64,000 bases of DNA from an uncultured Bacteroidota bacterium (GCA_963700635.1 CAVOYH010000001.1:192001-256000), one strand, 5' to 3'. Counted from the stretch's first letter, positions 20,509-31,946 are shown. Notes: generated by a model from the letters alone, not told the origin. Program-made: numbers and translations.

Positions 20509-22164
20509 ATGGAATTCACATTGTTAGGCATCGGAATCCTGACCTGGATCACGTTTCTGCCTGTCGTCGGCATGGTAATCGTGTTGCTTCTGCCGAAGGA
20601 GAGCAGAGACGCGATACGCTGGACGGCTCTGGCGTTCACCACGTTGCAGGTGGTTCTTGCCGTTGTCATCTTTGCCCGGTTCGACAGGACGCTGGCAGGG
20701 ATAAACACGGAAGCAGGAATGCAGTTCGTCGAAAAAGCGACGTGGATTGACATCCAGAGCGTTGCCTGGTTTGGCCGCGTTCATATAGAGTATTTCCTGG
20801 GCATTGACGGGCTGAGTGTTGTGATGGTCCTGCTCACAGCCCTCATCTGTTTTATCGCCACCATCTCCTCATGGACGATCACGAAGTCACTCAAAGGGTA
20901 TTTTGCCCTCTTTCTCCTTCTGGATACGGGGATGATGGGTGTCTTTGTGGCCATGGATTTCTTCCTGTTCTATGTGTTCTGGGAAGTCATGCTGCTCCCG
21001 ATGTATTTCCTGATTGGTGTATGGGGCGGCCCACGGCGGGAATACGCGGCGATCAAGTTCTTCCTGTACACGCTTCTTGGCAGCGTCCTGATGCTGCTCG
21101 CCATGATCGCCCTGTACTTCAGCACGAATGTCTACATTGATCCAGCCGGCGCCCTCTATTCCGTGGCGGAAGCGGCAAAGACCGGTATGCAGGGACTTGA
21201 GAAGATCCACACATTTAATCTCATCGCGATGATGGATCCGGGAAACATGGTCCCGGGATCACTGCTTGCGGGATGGGAAACGTCATGGCGTTATATTGCC
21301 TACGGGGCGCTGTTCGTAGGATTTGCGATCAAAGTCCCGCTCTTCCCCTTCCACACCTGGCTGCCCGATGCCCATGTGGAGGCACCAACGCCAATCAGCG
21401 TCATCCTTGCAGGCGTGCTCCTGAAGATGGGCGCCTACGGCATGCTGCGTATCAGCTTCCCGGTGTTCCCCGATGCGATGCGCCATTTTGCCTGGGAACT
21501 TGCACTGCTGGGTGTTATCAGTATGGTCTACGGCGCCCTGGTGGCAATGGCGCAGACAGATTTTAAGAAGCTCATCGCCTATTCGAGCGTGAGCCATATG
21601 GGGATCGTGATCCTGGGGATGGCCTCGATGAACACCCAGGGCATGATGGGTGGCGTCTTTCAGATGTTTAACCATGGCACGATCACCGCGATGCTCTTCC
21701 TTATCGTGGGCGTGATCTATGACCGTACGCATACCCGCGGCATTGACGAGTTCGGCGGGTTGATGAACAAGATGCCCCGATATGCCGCCGTGATGACCGT
21801 CGCATTCTTCGCCGCCCTGGGCCTGCCCGGTCTGAGCGGCTTTATCAGTGAAGCCTTCGCCCTGCTCGGCGCCTTCCAGACCTTCCAGACGCTTACCATC
21901 ATCGGTGCCGTCACGATCGTGCTTACCGCAGGCTATATGTTGTGGGTGCTCCAGCGTGTGTTCCTGGGGACGCTGCCCGAAAAGTGGCAGGGACTGACGG
22001 ACATGAACGGCCGGGAGACATTCATGCTGACGACGCTGGCCGTCATCGTGATCTTCCTGGGGATCTATCCGGCTCCCGTACTCGATCTGATGAACGTCTC
22101 ATTGAGCTCGCTTGCCGGACTTCTCGATCAGGCAGGTGCTGTCGGGGTTATGGGTATACAATAG
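20509..22164 (+). CDS. nuoM: NADH-quinone oxidoreductase subunit M
   Basis: FWEVMLLPMY, PFHTWLPDAHVEAP and AYSSVSHMG motifs. Confidence 0.95.
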   Translation: MEFTLLGIGILTWITFLPVVGMVIVLLLPKESRDAIRWTALAFTTLQVVLAVVIFARFDRTLAGINTEAGMQFVEKATWIDIQSVAWFGRVHIEYFLGIDGLSVVMVLLTALICFIATISSWTITKSLKGYFALFLLLDTGMMGVFVAMDFFLFYVFWEVMLLPMYFLIGVWGGPRREYAAIKFFLYTLLGSVLMLLAMIALYFSTNVYIDPAGALYSVAEAAKTGMQGLEKIHTFNLIAMMDPGNMVPGSLLAGWETSWRYIAYGALFVGFAIKVPLFPFHTWLPDAHVEAPTPISVILAGVLLKMGAYGMLRISFPVFPDAMRHFAWELALLGVISMVYGALVAMAQTDFKKLIAYSSVSHMGIVILGMASMNTQGMMGGVFQMFNHGTITAMLFLIVGVIYDRTHTRGIDEFGGLMNKMPRYAAVMTVAFFAALGLPGLSGFISEAFALLGAFQTFQTLTIIGAVTIVLTAGYMLWVLQRVFLGTLPEKWQGLTDMNGRETFMLTTLAVIVIFLGIYPAPVLDLMNVSLSSLAGLLDQAGAVGVMGIQ

Positions 22165-22209
22165 GCACCATGGTATCACTGTTTCTATCCGAACAACTGA
22201 GTCTGAGTC

Positions 22210-23718
22210 ATGACTGACCGTTTACTTCACGACCTCGCGCTGATGATGCCGGAGACGGTTCTGACCGTCACGGTGCTTGTCGCGTTGATCGCTGACCTGA
22301 TCTTTCGCCGCAGTACTGTCATCGTGTCCGGCCTGGTGCTCATCGGGCTCGCCGTGGCAGGGGTGCTTGTTCTGGGACAGGTGCATGTGAGCACAAGCAT
22401 TTTCACCGGAATGCTCGCTGTGGACCCCTTCGCCTGGTTCTTTAAACTGGTAATCCTGCTGTCCGCGATGCTGATCGTGGTGTTCTCTCTCGGCTTTACG
22501 GAGCTGAATACGGGTGGGCGCAAAGTGGGCGAGTACTATGCGCTTCTGGTGGCTCTGACACTCGGGTTGATGCTTATGGCGGGGGCGAACAATCTGCTGA
22601 TGATGTACCTGGCCATCGAACTATCCTCCCTGAGCTCGTATATTCTGTCCGGGTACACGCGCGAGGCGCCCGATTCTAGCGAGGCATCACTCAAATATGT
22701 CATCTACGGGGCACTTTCCTCGGGCCTTATGCTGTACGGCATCTCGATGTTGTACGGTCTGACAAACACTCTCGGTTTTGCAGAGATTAATGCAGCCTTG
22801 CCGGGAGTGCTTGAAAATGGAACAACGTCGACCCTGGCCCTGGTGTTTTCGGGAATGCTGATTGTGGCGGGACTGGGATACAAGATTTCTGCCGTACCGT
22901 TCCATTTCTGGGCGCCCGATGTGTACGAGGGCGCGCCCATTACCATCACGGCTTTCCTGTCGGTGGCCTCAAAAGCAGCAGGCTTTGCCCTGATGATCCG
23001 CTTCTTCAAAGTGGCGTTCATCGATAGCAGCGTGCTTAGTTCCATCCCCGGAGTGTGGGCAATCCTTCCCGGTTTTGACTGGCGGGAAGTTGTCGCGGTG
23101 CTGTCTGTTCTCACCATGACCGTCGGGAATCTGGTCGCCATCTGGCAGAATAACCTCAAACGGCTTCTGGCGTACTCCAGCATCGCCCATGCCGGATATA
23201 TGCTGATGGGTGTCGTGCTGCTCAGCAACGAGGGCCTGAGTGCGATTATGCTGTACTTTGTGATCTATCTCTTTATGAATCTCGGGGCCTTCTACATCGT
23301 TATGCTGATTGCGAACAGGACGGGAAGTGAGGATATTGAAGAGTACCGGGGGCTTGGATCCAGGGCGCCATTTATGATGGTGGCCCTTGGTATCTTCCTG
23401 GTCTCGCTGACCGGTCTCCCTCCGACGGCGGGCTTTATCGGGAAGCTGTACCTGTTTGCGGCACTCATTGACAGCGGCTGGATCTGGCTTGCAATCGTTG
23501 GGGCTCTCAACAGTGTTGTCGCGCTGTATTATTACGTTCGCGTGCTGCGGAATGTGTTTCTGCGGGGAAGCGAACAGCCGGCTCCGGCGTTTGTGTTTGG
23601 GCGGCTGGAAAATATTGTGGTCCTGGTGTTGCTGGTTCCGACACTCCTCCTGGGCCTCTACTTCACACCGCTTGTCGAGCTTGCTCAGGCCTCGGTAAAG
23701 ATCTTCGGCACACCCTGA
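22210..23718 (+). CDS. nuoN: NADH-quinone oxidoreductase subunit N
   Basis: EASLKY, PFHFWAPDVYEGAP and KRLLAYSSIAHAGY motifs. Confidence 0.95.
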   Translation: MTDRLLHDLALMMPETVLTVTVLVALIADLIFRRSTVIVSGLVLIGLAVAGVLVLGQVHVSTSIFTGMLAVDPFAWFFKLVILLSAMLIVVFSLGFTELNTGGRKVGEYYALLVALTLGLMLMAGANNLLMMYLAIELSSLSSYILSGYTREAPDSSEASLKYVIYGALSSGLMLYGISMLYGLTNTLGFAEINAALPGVLENGTTSTLALVFSGMLIVAGLGYKISAVPFHFWAPDVYEGAPITITAFLSVASKAAGFALMIRFFKVAFIDSSVLSSIPGVWAILPGFDWREVVAVLSVLTMTVGNLVAIWQNNLKRLLAYSSIAHAGYMLMGVVLLSNEGLSAIMLYFVIYLFMNLGAFYIVMLIANRTGSEDIEEYRGLGSRAPFMMVALGIFLVSLTGLPPTAGFIGKLYLFAALIDSGWIWLAIVGALNSVVALYYYVRVLRNVFLRGSEQPAPAFVFGRLENIVVLVLLVPTLLLGLYFTPLVELAQASVKIFGTP

Positions 23719-23828
23719 GCCGTTCCCGTCCGTTGACGGTAGACGCGCACTTTCCCCCCCCCCGGCGGCTTTACGTCTCCGCGTGCTCTGCGGTATCCGG
23801 TATTCCGCCCTGCTGGCCGATGCGGTGA

Positions 23829-24599
23829 TTACCGTTTTGCAACGCGCTCACAGATCATCCTGATTCCTTCGAGGACCAGGGAAGGCTCACACTGTTCGAT
23901 GACTTTCGTATGCTGGGCGATGGAGCGTGACAACCCGCCCGTTGCGATCACACGAGCCTGCGCACCCAGTTCTGCCCGGATTCTCCCGACGATCCCTTCC
24001 ACTGCATCGAGGGTGCCCAGCATGATCCCCGCCTGCATGCTGCTGACGGTGTCTTTGCCGATGGCCTGTGAAGGGAAGCGCAGCTCCACACGGGGGAGTT
24101 TTGCTGCTCTCCGGTGCAATTCTGCGGCCATGGTTTCGAGCCCGGGGGCGATCACCCCGCCGATATAGTCGCCCTCGGCTGACAGAACATCGTAGGTCGT
24201 TGCAGTCCCGAAATCGATGATGATCAACGGCCCGCCGTACTTCGCAAAGCCTGCCACCGCATTACAGATTCTGTCCGCCCCCACGGCAGAAGGGTCGTTG
24301 TAGAGGATACGCATACCCAGATCCAAAGCGCCTGTGACCGTTATCGGTTCGACGTGGAAGTGCTTGCGGGCGAGGTGCTCGTAGATAAACGTGAGGTCGG
24401 GGACAACCGATGAGATGCCGACGCTGGTAATATTCTGCCGGTCAACGCCTGCATCGGCGAAAAAGCTCCTGATCGTGAGCCAGTTTTCATCGGCGGTCCG
24501 GTGGGTGACGCTGGCTACGCGCCAATCGGCGACCAGTTGGTCCCCTTCAAACACACCAATCACCGTGTGCGTGTTGCCGATATCAACTGTCAGCAGCAT
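23829..24599 (-). CDS. coaX: type III pantothenate kinase
   Basis: DIGNT, VGADR, DFGTATT and GGVIAPG motifs. Confidence 0.95.
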   Translation of the reverse strand: MLLTVDIGNTHTVIGVFEGDQLVADWRVASVTHRTADENWLTIRSFFADAGVDRQNITSVGISSVVPDLTFIYEHLARKHFHVEPITVTGALDLGMRILYNDPSAVGADRICNAVAGFAKYGGPLIIIDFGTATTYDVLSAEGDYIGGVIAPGLETMAAELHRRAAKLPRVELRFPSQAIGKDTVSSMQAGIMLGTLDAVEGIVGRIRAELGAQARVIATGGLSRSIAQHTKVIEQCEPSLVLEGIRMICERVAKR

Positions 24600-25383
24600 A
24601 TGATTCCATGTCCAAGATAGTGACGTCTCCGGCGAGAAATGTGAACTCGCCTTTTCCGGTATCGACGATCAAGCCGCCCCCTGCACTGATTCCCTGTACT
24701 GTGCCATTGACCACCGTGCCATTATTTGCCAGGGAAATTCTCTTTCCAATAAGGGGTGCATATTCCAGCCAGCGGGTAGTTACGCTCCGAAACCCCAGCG
24801 CGGCCTGAGTGGCATATTCTTCTTCCAGACTTTTGAGCAATGCCCTAAAAAGATCCGATCGGTCGTGGCGGACGCCGGTGACGAGGGACAGCGACGTGGC
24901 CCGGGACTTTAATACGTCGGAGAATTGTTCCTGGTTGACGTTCAGGCCGATTCCGGCAATAACCGATTCAACCCGGTCGCCGGCCAGGGATCCTTCAAGC
25001 AAGATACCGGCAAGCTTTCGCCCGCTGTGCAGAATGTCATTCGGCCATTTGCAGAAGACCCGGATGCCTGTGTGTTGTTCTATGCCCCGGGCTATCCCGA
25101 CCGCCACAAGGAGCGACAGAAGGTTCATTGCGTCCGCCGGAATCTGTGGCCGGAGGATGATGGAAAATGTAAGATTCTCCCCGGGCAGCGCACTCCACGA
25201 CCGCCCGAGACGCCCCCGGCCGGCGGTCTGTGACTCCGCAAAAACAACAGTACCCTCCTCAGCCCAGCAGGCGGCAAGCGCGCGCGCGCAGGAGTTTGTT
25301 GAGTCGATGGTTTCGAAAGAGTATACTTTCTTGCCAAAGGTCTTTGTCTGGAGTCCGTTGCCAAGAATTTCGGGGGAGAGCAT
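24583..25383 (-). CDS. birA: biotin-[acetyl-CoA-carboxylase] ligase without N-terminal HTH
   Basis: IDSTN, QTAGRGRLGRSW, KWPND and KLAGIL motifs. Confidence 0.93.
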   Translation of the reverse strand: MLSPEILGNGLQTKTFGKKVYSFETIDSTNSCARALAACWAEEGTVVFAESQTAGRGRLGRSWSALPGENLTFSIILRPQIPADAMNLLSLLVAVGIARGIEQHTGIRVFCKWPNDILHSGRKLAGILLEGSLAGDRVESVIAGIGLNVNQEQFSDVLKSRATSLSLVTGVRHDRSDLFRALLKSLEEEYATQAALGFRSVTTRWLEYAPLIGKRISLANNGTVVNGTVQGISAGGGLIVDTGKGEFTFLAGDVTILDMESYAADS

Positions 25384-25606
25384 AATCGCCGTATTTGTAC
25401 GGACACTATATACGAAACAGGCCTCTCAGAATCAAGGAAATCAAATTCTCCATAAACAGTCAATACGACAGTATAACGGCCAATATGGCAGCAGTTACAC
25501 GTTATCTGACATGTTGTCAGCACGTCAAACTTCTGAATCAAGAATCGGTTGTCGTCTAAATGCCCTATTTATATAGAGTTATCCATATTATGTAGTTGGC
25601 ACTTGC

Positions 25607-25622
25607 TGGCATAGCTATTGCA
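25607..25622 (+). promoter_or_regulatory. sigma54 (-24/-12) promoter upstream of dnaK
   Basis: TGGCATAGCTATTGCA with exact spacing; AT-rich tract and palindromes upstream. Confidence 0.65.
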
Positions 25623-25672
25623 ACAACAGAGGTACATAGCAAAATGACATTTGAATAAGGAGAAGATCTGTA

Positions 25673-27595
25673 ATGAGCAAGATCATTGGAATTGACCTTG
25701 GAACGACAAATTCTGTAGTGGCCGTGATGGAGGGGAATGACCCGGTTGTTATTGCAAACGCAGAGGGTGGGCGGACGACTCCGTCCGTTGTTGCGTTCGC
25801 AAAGAACGGAGAACGTCTCGTCGGACAGGCGGCAAAACGTCAGGCCGTAACAAATTCGGAAAATACCGTTTTCTCAATCAAACGGTTTATGGGCCGCTTT
25901 CACGACGAAGTAAACGAAGAAATGAAAATCGTGCCCTACAAAGTGGTTCATGGAGACAACAATACCGCGCGTGTTGAAGCGGGTGGGCGGGTCTACTCAC
26001 CCCCCGAAATCAGCGCAATGGTGCTCCAGAAAATGAAGCAAACTGCTGAAGACTATCTGGGCCAGAAAGTCACGGAAGCCGTGATCACCGTACCAGCGTA
26101 CTTTAATGATGCCCAGCGTCAGGCCACCAAAGAAGCCGGCGAAATTGCAGGCCTGACCGTTCGACGGATTATCAACGAACCGACCGCTGCCGCGCTGGCG
26201 TATGGCCTTGACAAGAAAAACAAGGACCTCAAAGTTGCCATCTATGACCTCGGCGGTGGAACATTCGACATCTCTATCCTCGAACTGGGCGACGGCGTTT
26301 TTGAAGTAAAGTCCACCAGTGGCGACACACACCTTGGCGGCGACAATTTTGATCACCGGATTGTGGACTTCGTCGCCGATGAGTTCAAGCGCCAGGAAGG
26401 GATCGATCTCCGCAAAGACCCGATGGCGTTGCAGCGTCTGCGCGAAGCCGCGGAAAAAGCGAAGATGGAATTATCACAACTCGTGCAGACCGAGATTAAC
26501 CTGCCGTTTATCACGGCCACAGCGGATGGCCCGAAACATCTTAACATCACCCTCACGCGGGCCAAGTTTGAACAGCTTGTGGATGATCTGATCCAGCGCA
26601 CGCTCGGACCGACGGAGCAGGCGCTCAAGGAGGCCGGCTTAAACCCCACCCAGATCGATGAAGTGATTCTGGTCGGCGGTATGACCCGCATTCCCAAGGT
26701 TCAGGAACTCGTCCGGCAAATTTTCGGGCGCGAACCCCACCGCGGGGTGAATCCCGACGAAGTGGTTGCAGTGGGTGCGGCCATCCAGGGAGGGGTGCTC
26801 ACCGGTGATGTGACGGATGTGCTGCTGCTCGACGTGACACCGCTCTCGCTCGGCATCGAGACCCTCGGCAATGTGATGACCAAGCTGATCGACTCGAATA
26901 CCACCATTCCGACTCGGAAGGGCGAAGTGTTCTCGACGGCCTCAGACAGCCAGACATCGGTTGAGATACATGTTCTCCAGGGCGAACGGCCGATGGCGAT
27001 TGACAACCGGACGCTCGGTAAGTTTCACCTGGACGGTATTCCACCCGCGCCGAGAGGTATTCCACAAATCGAAGTAACATTTGATATCGACGCCAATGGA
27101 ATGCTCCACGTGTCGGCCAAGGATAAAGCAAGCAACAAGGAACAGTCGATCCGGATTACCTCTTCCAGCGGTCTGAGCAAGGAAGAGGTGGAGAAGATGA
27201 AGCGTGAAGCGCAAGCTCATGCGTCCGACGACAAGAAACGGCGCGAAGAAATAGACACAAAAAATCAGGCCGACAATCTGACGTTCCAGACCGAAAAACA
27301 ACTGAAGGATTTCGGCGAAAAGATCAGCGCGGATCTGCGGGCCAAGGTCGAGAATGCCAATACGCAGCTCAAAGACGCAGTCAAAAACGGCGATGCGGCC
27401 GCGATCAAAGCGGGCATGGAAACCCTTAACAGTGCGTGGAATGAAGCATCCACACAGATGTACCAGCAGTCAACCGCAGAAGCGCAAAAATCCGGAGGTG
27501 GTCCGGAAGCCGGCCCGGCTCCCGGCGGCGAGAAAAAGACGGACGAAAAGAAGGTTGAAGACGCCGACTACGAGGTGATGGACGACAAGAAGTAA
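25673..27595 (+). CDS. dnaK: chaperone DnaK
   Basis: [18 protein letters not shown] and [11 protein letters not shown] motifs; SD TAAGGAG. Confidence 0.98.
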   Translation: MSKIIGIDLGTTNSVVAVMEGNDPVVIANAEGGRTTPSVVAFAKNGERLVGQAAKRQAVTNSENTVFSIKRFMGRFHDEVNEEMKIVPYKVVHGDNNTARVEAGGRVYSPPEISAMVLQKMKQTAEDYLGQKVTEAVITVPAYFNDAQRQATKEAGEIAGLTVRRIINEPTAAALAYGLDKKNKDLKVAIYDLGGGTFDISILELGDGVFEVKSTSGDTHLGGDNFDHRIVDFVADEFKRQEGIDLRKDPMALQRLREAAEKAKMELSQLVQTEINLPFITATADGPKHLNITLTRAKFEQLVDDLIQRTLGPTEQALKEAGLNPTQIDEVILVGGMTRIPKVQELVRQIFGREPHRGVNPDEVVAVGAAIQGGVLTGDVTDVLLLDVTPLSLGIETLGNVMTKLIDSNTTIPTRKGEVFSTASDSQTSVEIHVLQGERPMAIDNRTLGKFHLDGIPPAPRGIPQIEVTFDIDANGMLHVSAKDKASNKEQSIRITSSSGLSKEEVEKMKREAQAHASDDKKRREEIDTKNQADNLTFQTEKQLKDFGEKISADLRAKVENANTQLKDAVKNGDAAAIKAGMETLNSAWNEASTQMYQQSTAEAQKSGGGPEAGPAPGGEKKTDEKKVEDADYEVMDDKK

Positions 27596-27633
27596 GTCCG
27601 GAGCGGCAAAAGAGAAACAGGATAGAGGAGACA

Positions 27634-27915
27634 ATGGAAGGCGAGGCGACCCCTCGCCTTTTATATCCCATGGAAATCTTCATCATTCTTTTCGGCGTTG
27701 GCGTGGTCGGCTGGGTCATCTGGGCTGCTGCATCCGGGAAGATGTTTTCCGGAGGCGGCTCCGGTAGCGCCCCGCTGACGGCATTCCATGATTTTCAACC
27801 ACGCGACAAACAGGAAGCCGTGGAAGTTATCATCGATCAGAGGGCGGGGAAACGATGGGAGCAGCAGAACACCGGAGAAGGGAAGAACGAAAGCGAGCAC
27901 AACAATGAACCTTAA
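27634..27915 (+). CDS. small single-TM hypothetical protein (alternative start 27670)
   Basis: Hydrophobic segment [19 protein letters not shown], then a soluble [17 protein letters not shown] tail. Stop overlaps the clpB start. Confidence 0.6.
   Translation: MEGEATPRLLYPMEIFIILFGVGVVGWVIWAAASGKMFSGGGSGSAPLTAFHDFQPRDKQEAVEVIIDQRAGKRWEQQNTGEGKNESEHNNEP
27638..27666 (+). terminator. intrinsic terminator after dnaK
   Basis: AAGGCGAGG-N5-CCTCGCCTT followed by TTATAT. Confidence 0.6.
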
Positions 27916-30547
27916 CAAGTTTACACTAAAATCTCAGGAAGCGCTGCAACATGCACAGGAAATAGCGGCGAACTACGGCAATCCGACGATCGAGCCGGAG
28001 CATCTGCTTGCCGCCCTGGTGCAGGATCCGGCCGGCACCGTCGTGCCGATACTCCAGAAAGCCGGGGCAAATGTTAACGCCGTAAAGCTCAAGGTCCATG
28101 AACTTATTGAACGACTTCCCAAAGTCAGCGGCACTTCGTTTGTAAGTCAGGGTCTTTCCCCGGCCCTCGGACGGGTTCTGGAACTTGCGGTGAAAAAATC
28201 GCAGGAACTCAAAGACGAATACGTAAGCACGGAACATCTCGTCCTGGCTCTCGCCGAAGGCGGTGATACACAGGCCTCGCAACTGCTCAAGGGAAACGGC
28301 ATCACTCAGGATAACGTGCTCCGGGTGCTCAAGGACATCCGGGGTACCCAGCGCGTCACCGATCAGAATCCGGAGGACAAATATCAGGCCCTCCAGCGTT
28401 ACGGACGTGACCTGAATGAACTCGCCCGCAAGGGCAAGATGGATCCGGTGATCGGGCGCGATGAGGAAATCCGCAGGGTGTTGCAGGTCCTCTCCCGGCG
28501 CACGAAAAACAACCCGGTGCTCATTGGTGAACCGGGCGTCGGCAAAACGGCTATTGCCGAAGGCATCGCCGACCGGATCGTCAAAGGAGACATTCCAGAG
28601 TCGCTGAAGACCAAGCGGATTGTCGCATTGGACATGGGCTCCCTTGTGGCCGGTACAAGCTTCAGGGGACAGTTCGAGGAACGCCTCAAGGCCCTTCTGA
28701 AAGAGGTCTACGAGTCCGACGGAGAGATCATCCTGTTTATCGATGAACTCCATACGCTGGTCGGTGCCGGCGCAGCACAGGGTTCGGTTGACGCGGCGAA
28801 CATGCTGAAGCCTGCCCTTGCAAAAGGTGAGCTCCGGGCAATCGGGGCAACAACCATTGATGAGTATAGAAAATACATTGAAAAGGATCCTGCGCTCGAA
28901 CGGCGATTCCAACCGGTGCTGGTCGGCGAACCGAGCGTCGAAGATACGATCTCCATCCTGCGCGGCGTTCAGGAGCGGTATGAAGTCCATCATGGAGTCC
29001 GGATAACAGACGGAGCGCTCGTCGCTGCCGCCCAGCTCAGCGACCGATATATCGCTGACCGTTTTCTCCCTGACAAGGCCATCGACCTTATGGACGAGGC
29101 GGCCTCAAAACTCCGTATCGAAATTGATTCGCTTCCGGAAGAACTGGACATCGTGGAACGCCGCATCAAACAGCTTGAGATCGAACGGGAAGCAGTCCGA
29201 AGAGAAAATGACGACGCTTCCCAGAGCCGCCTCGCTGCTATAGAGATGGAACTTGCAGAGCAGCAGCAATCACGTTCGTCGCTCCGGGCGCACTGGCAGG
29301 TGGAGAAGGACCTTATACAGTCTATTCGGTCCCTGAAAGAACAGATCGATGCCAGCAAGGCGGAAGCAGAGCGTAAGGAACGCGAGGGGGATCTGGGAAG
29401 GGTTGCAGAGTTACGCTACGGCGTGATCACGCAACTTGAAGGCAAGGTCGCCGAAGCGTCGGCACAGTTGCGGGAGGTCCAGAAGGACACCAAAATGCTC
29501 AAGGAGGAGGTTGATGCCGAAGATATAGCGGAGATCGTCGCCCGTTGGACCGGGATACCGGTGTCGCGTATGCTGGAAAGTGAGCGCATGAAACTGTTGC
29601 GTCTGGAAGACCATCTCCATGAGCGTGTGATCGCACAGCAGGAAGCCGTAACAGCCGTGGCCAACGCCATCCGCCGATCGCGCGCAGGGCTGCAGGACGA
29701 GAAACGGCCAATCGGATCGTTCATCTTCCTGGGGAGTACCGGCGTGGGGAAAACCGAGCTGGCCCGCGCTCTTGCAGAGTTCCTGTTCAACGATGAGAAT
29801 GCCGTCGTCCGGATCGACATGAGTGAATACATGGAGAAGTTCTCCGTGTCCCGACTTATTGGCGCACCGCCGGGATATGTCGGCTATGATGAGGGTGGAC
29901 AGCTTACCGAGGCTGTGCGTCGCAAGCCTTACGCGGTGGTGCTGCTGGACGAAATCGAAAAGGCACATCCGGAAGTGTTCAACATACTCTTGCAGCTTCT
30001 GGACGAGGGGCGGTTGACCGACAGCAAGGCCCACACCGTGGATTTTAAGAATACTATCATCATCATGACCTCCAATCTGGGATCACACCTGATCAGTGAA
30101 CGGATCGCCCGCGATTTTGGAGGAAACGGCGAGTGGGAACAGTCATTTGCGGACATGAAGAATGAACTGCTGGCACTCCTGAGGCAATCCATCCGACCGG
30201 AATTTCTCAATCGGGTCGACGAGATTATCGTCTTCAAGCCGCTCACCCGGGATGATATCAGTCAAATCGTCTCCCTGCAGCTTGCCCGGGTTTCAGCACT
30301 CATCGAAAAACAGGGGTTCCATCTCGCGGTGACCGAGGAAGCCAGGGGATGGCTTGCACAGCTGGGATTTGACCCGATGTTCGGCGCGCGCCCGCTCAAA
30401 AGGGTTATCCAGCGGTACCTTGTCAACCCGTTGTCCGAGCGGCTGCTGGGGGGAGAGTTTTCCCCCGGCGATACTATAGATGTCCGGCTTGACAACCGCG
30501 GCCTCCTGACGATGGCCAGGCGTGTACAGGCCGATGTCGAACATTAG
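27905..30547 (+). CDS. clpB: ATP-dependent chaperone ClpB
   Basis: Two AAA+ modules ([16 protein letters not shown]) and a long coiled-coil middle domain; start MNLNKFT. Confidence 0.97.
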   Translation: MNLNKFTLKSQEALQHAQEIAANYGNPTIEPEHLLAALVQDPAGTVVPILQKAGANVNAVKLKVHELIERLPKVSGTSFVSQGLSPALGRVLELAVKKSQELKDEYVSTEHLVLALAEGGDTQASQLLKGNGITQDNVLRVLKDIRGTQRVTDQNPEDKYQALQRYGRDLNELARKGKMDPVIGRDEEIRRVLQVLSRRTKNNPVLIGEPGVGKTAIAEGIADRIVKGDIPESLKTKRIVALDMGSLVAGTSFRGQFEERLKALLKEVYESDGEIILFIDELHTLVGAGAAQGSVDAANMLKPALAKGELRAIGATTIDEYRKYIEKDPALERRFQPVLVGEPSVEDTISILRGVQERYEVHHGVRITDGALVAAAQLSDRYIADRFLPDKAIDLMDEAASKLRIEIDSLPEELDIVERRIKQLEIEREAVRRENDDASQSRLAAIEMELAEQQQSRSSLRAHWQVEKDLIQSIRSLKEQIDASKAEAERKEREGDLGRVAELRYGVITQLEGKVAEASAQLREVQKDTKMLKEEVDAEDIAEIVARWTGIPVSRMLESERMKLLRLEDHLHERVIAQQEAVTAVANAIRRSRAGLQDEKRPIGSFIFLGSTGVGKTELARALAEFLFNDENAVVRIDMSEYMEKFSVSRLIGAPPGYVGYDEGGQLTEAVRRKPYAVVLLDEIEKAHPEVFNILLQLLDEGRLTDSKAHTVDFKNTIIIMTSNLGSHLISERIARDFGGNGEWEQSFADMKNELLALLRQSIRPEFLNRVDEIIVFKPLTRDDISQIVSLQLARVSALIEKQGFHLAVTEEARGWLAQLGFDPMFGARPLKRVIQRYLVNPLSERLLGGEFSPGDTIDVRLDNRGLLTMARRVQADVEH

Positions 30548-30549
30548 AG

Positions 30550-31881
30550 ATGAAATCCTCCTCCCTGTACGGGCATTTCGCCGAGCTCCTGTGCGCCATC
30601 AGGGGATCCAAAGCCCCGGCTGATGCCATAGTCCGGCGTTTCTTTAGAGAGCGCCACTATCTTGGCGGCCGAGAACGTCGGTGGCTTTCCTCGCACCTGT
30701 ACGGCGTCCTGCGGCATCTGCGTCTGATTGAACACCTTGTGCGTGAAGAGTGCTGCCTGCATCCGGCGTTTAAGGACCACACTCCTGCCATCGCCGTTGT
30801 TGCGGCGTACGGTATCATCAAAGCGGGAGAAGATGTGGCCGGGGTTTGCGACGCGGTACGGGATCGCTGGAATGGAGATATTCCGGATGCCGCTCCTGAG
30901 CTGATCCTGGGCGCTCTGGCCGAGCGCGGGGCGGCCATTCTCGGGCTTCCAGCCACCGCAAGCACTCTGGGGTTGAAGTATTCATTTGCCGACGACGTCG
31001 TTGACGAGTGGATCGGGCGCCTGGGATTGCACGAAACGGAACAACTCCTGGGTTCGTTAAACGAAGAAGCCCCGCTCAGCGTCCGGGTAAACACACTTCA
31101 ATGTACGGTTCACGAATGTGCGTCCAGATTGAGGGAGCATGGTCTGGACGTTCAGCCCGGCACTATCTCGCCGTTTTCGCTTACGTTGCCCCGCCGCGTG
31201 GTGCTTGATACGATTCCCGCATTTCGTGAGGGATGGTTCGAGATGCAAGATGAAGGCAGTCAGCTCCTCGCCCTCCTCCTGCAACCAGAACCCGGGATGA
31301 CAGTGGTGGATGCCTGTGCGGGAGGCGGGGGGAAGACATTGCACCTTGCCGCCCTTCTTGAGAACCGGGGGACACTCGTGGCCCTGGATCCGGACCGGCG
31401 GAGACTTCACAATCTCCGCGAACGGGCCCTGAGGGCCGGGGCAACGATAGGACAGATCATCGAAGCCCGCCATGACGACCCCGCACCCAGGCGGTTACAC
31501 GGTGTGGCCGATGCGGTGCTGGTTGATGCCCCCTGTTCAGGACTGGGGACGGTGCGCCGAAATCCATGGTTGAAGCTCCAGGAGGTAAAAGAACGAAGCA
31601 GGCAGCTTGCCGCCGTTCAGTATTCCATCCTTGCGGCCGCCGCATCCATGGTGAAGACTGGTGGACGGCTTGTCTACAGCACCTGCACGCTGGTGAAGGC
31701 CGAGAACGAAGATGTTATCCAGCGGTTTCTTGAAGGCCATCCTGATTTCACCCTCGCTTCCGCAGCAGAAATCCTTCACGCCTGGGGGGTCGAAATACGG
31801 GAACGGGCGCCAATGCTCACGTTGTGGCCCCATCATGCAGGGACCGATGGTTTCTTTGCCGCAGTTCTCATCCGCCAATGA
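30550..31881 (+). CDS. RsmB/NOP family SAM-dependent RNA m5C methyltransferase
   Basis: QDEGSQ, DACAGGGGKT, DAPCSG and YSTCT motifs. Confidence 0.9.
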   Translation: MKSSSLYGHFAELLCAIRGSKAPADAIVRRFFRERHYLGGRERRWLSSHLYGVLRHLRLIEHLVREECCLHPAFKDHTPAIAVVAAYGIIKAGEDVAGVCDAVRDRWNGDIPDAAPELILGALAERGAAILGLPATASTLGLKYSFADDVVDEWIGRLGLHETEQLLGSLNEEAPLSVRVNTLQCTVHECASRLREHGLDVQPGTISPFSLTLPRRVVLDTIPAFREGWFEMQDEGSQLLALLLQPEPGMTVVDACAGGGGKTLHLAALLENRGTLVALDPDRRRLHNLRERALRAGATIGQIIEARHDDPAPRRLHGVADAVLVDAPCSGLGTVRRNPWLKLQEVKERSRQLAAVQYSILAAAASMVKTGGRLVYSTCTLVKAENEDVIQRFLEGHPDFTLASAAEILHAWGVEIRERAPMLTLWPHHAGTDGFFAAVLIRQ

Positions 31882-31885
31882 AACA

Positions 31886-31914
31886 TTGAACTTCACTCTC
31901 GCATTCCGTACGTT
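31886..31914 (+). promoter_or_regulatory. sigma70-type promoter
   Basis: TTGAAC-N17-TACGTT ahead of SD AGGAGG and ATG 31947. Confidence 0.45.
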
Positions 31915-31946
31915 ACAGAACAGCACGTCTCACACAGGAGGTTCGT

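Noticed and set aside
25596-25622. CIRCE element before dnaK (TTGGCACTT left arm)
   Set aside because: The right arm after N9 reads GCTATTGCA, not GAGTGCTAA. The sigma54 reading fits better.
25384-25672. AT-rich stretch as foreign DNA
   Set aside because: It is the divergent birA/dnaK promoter region, with no integrase, repeats or tRNA nearby.
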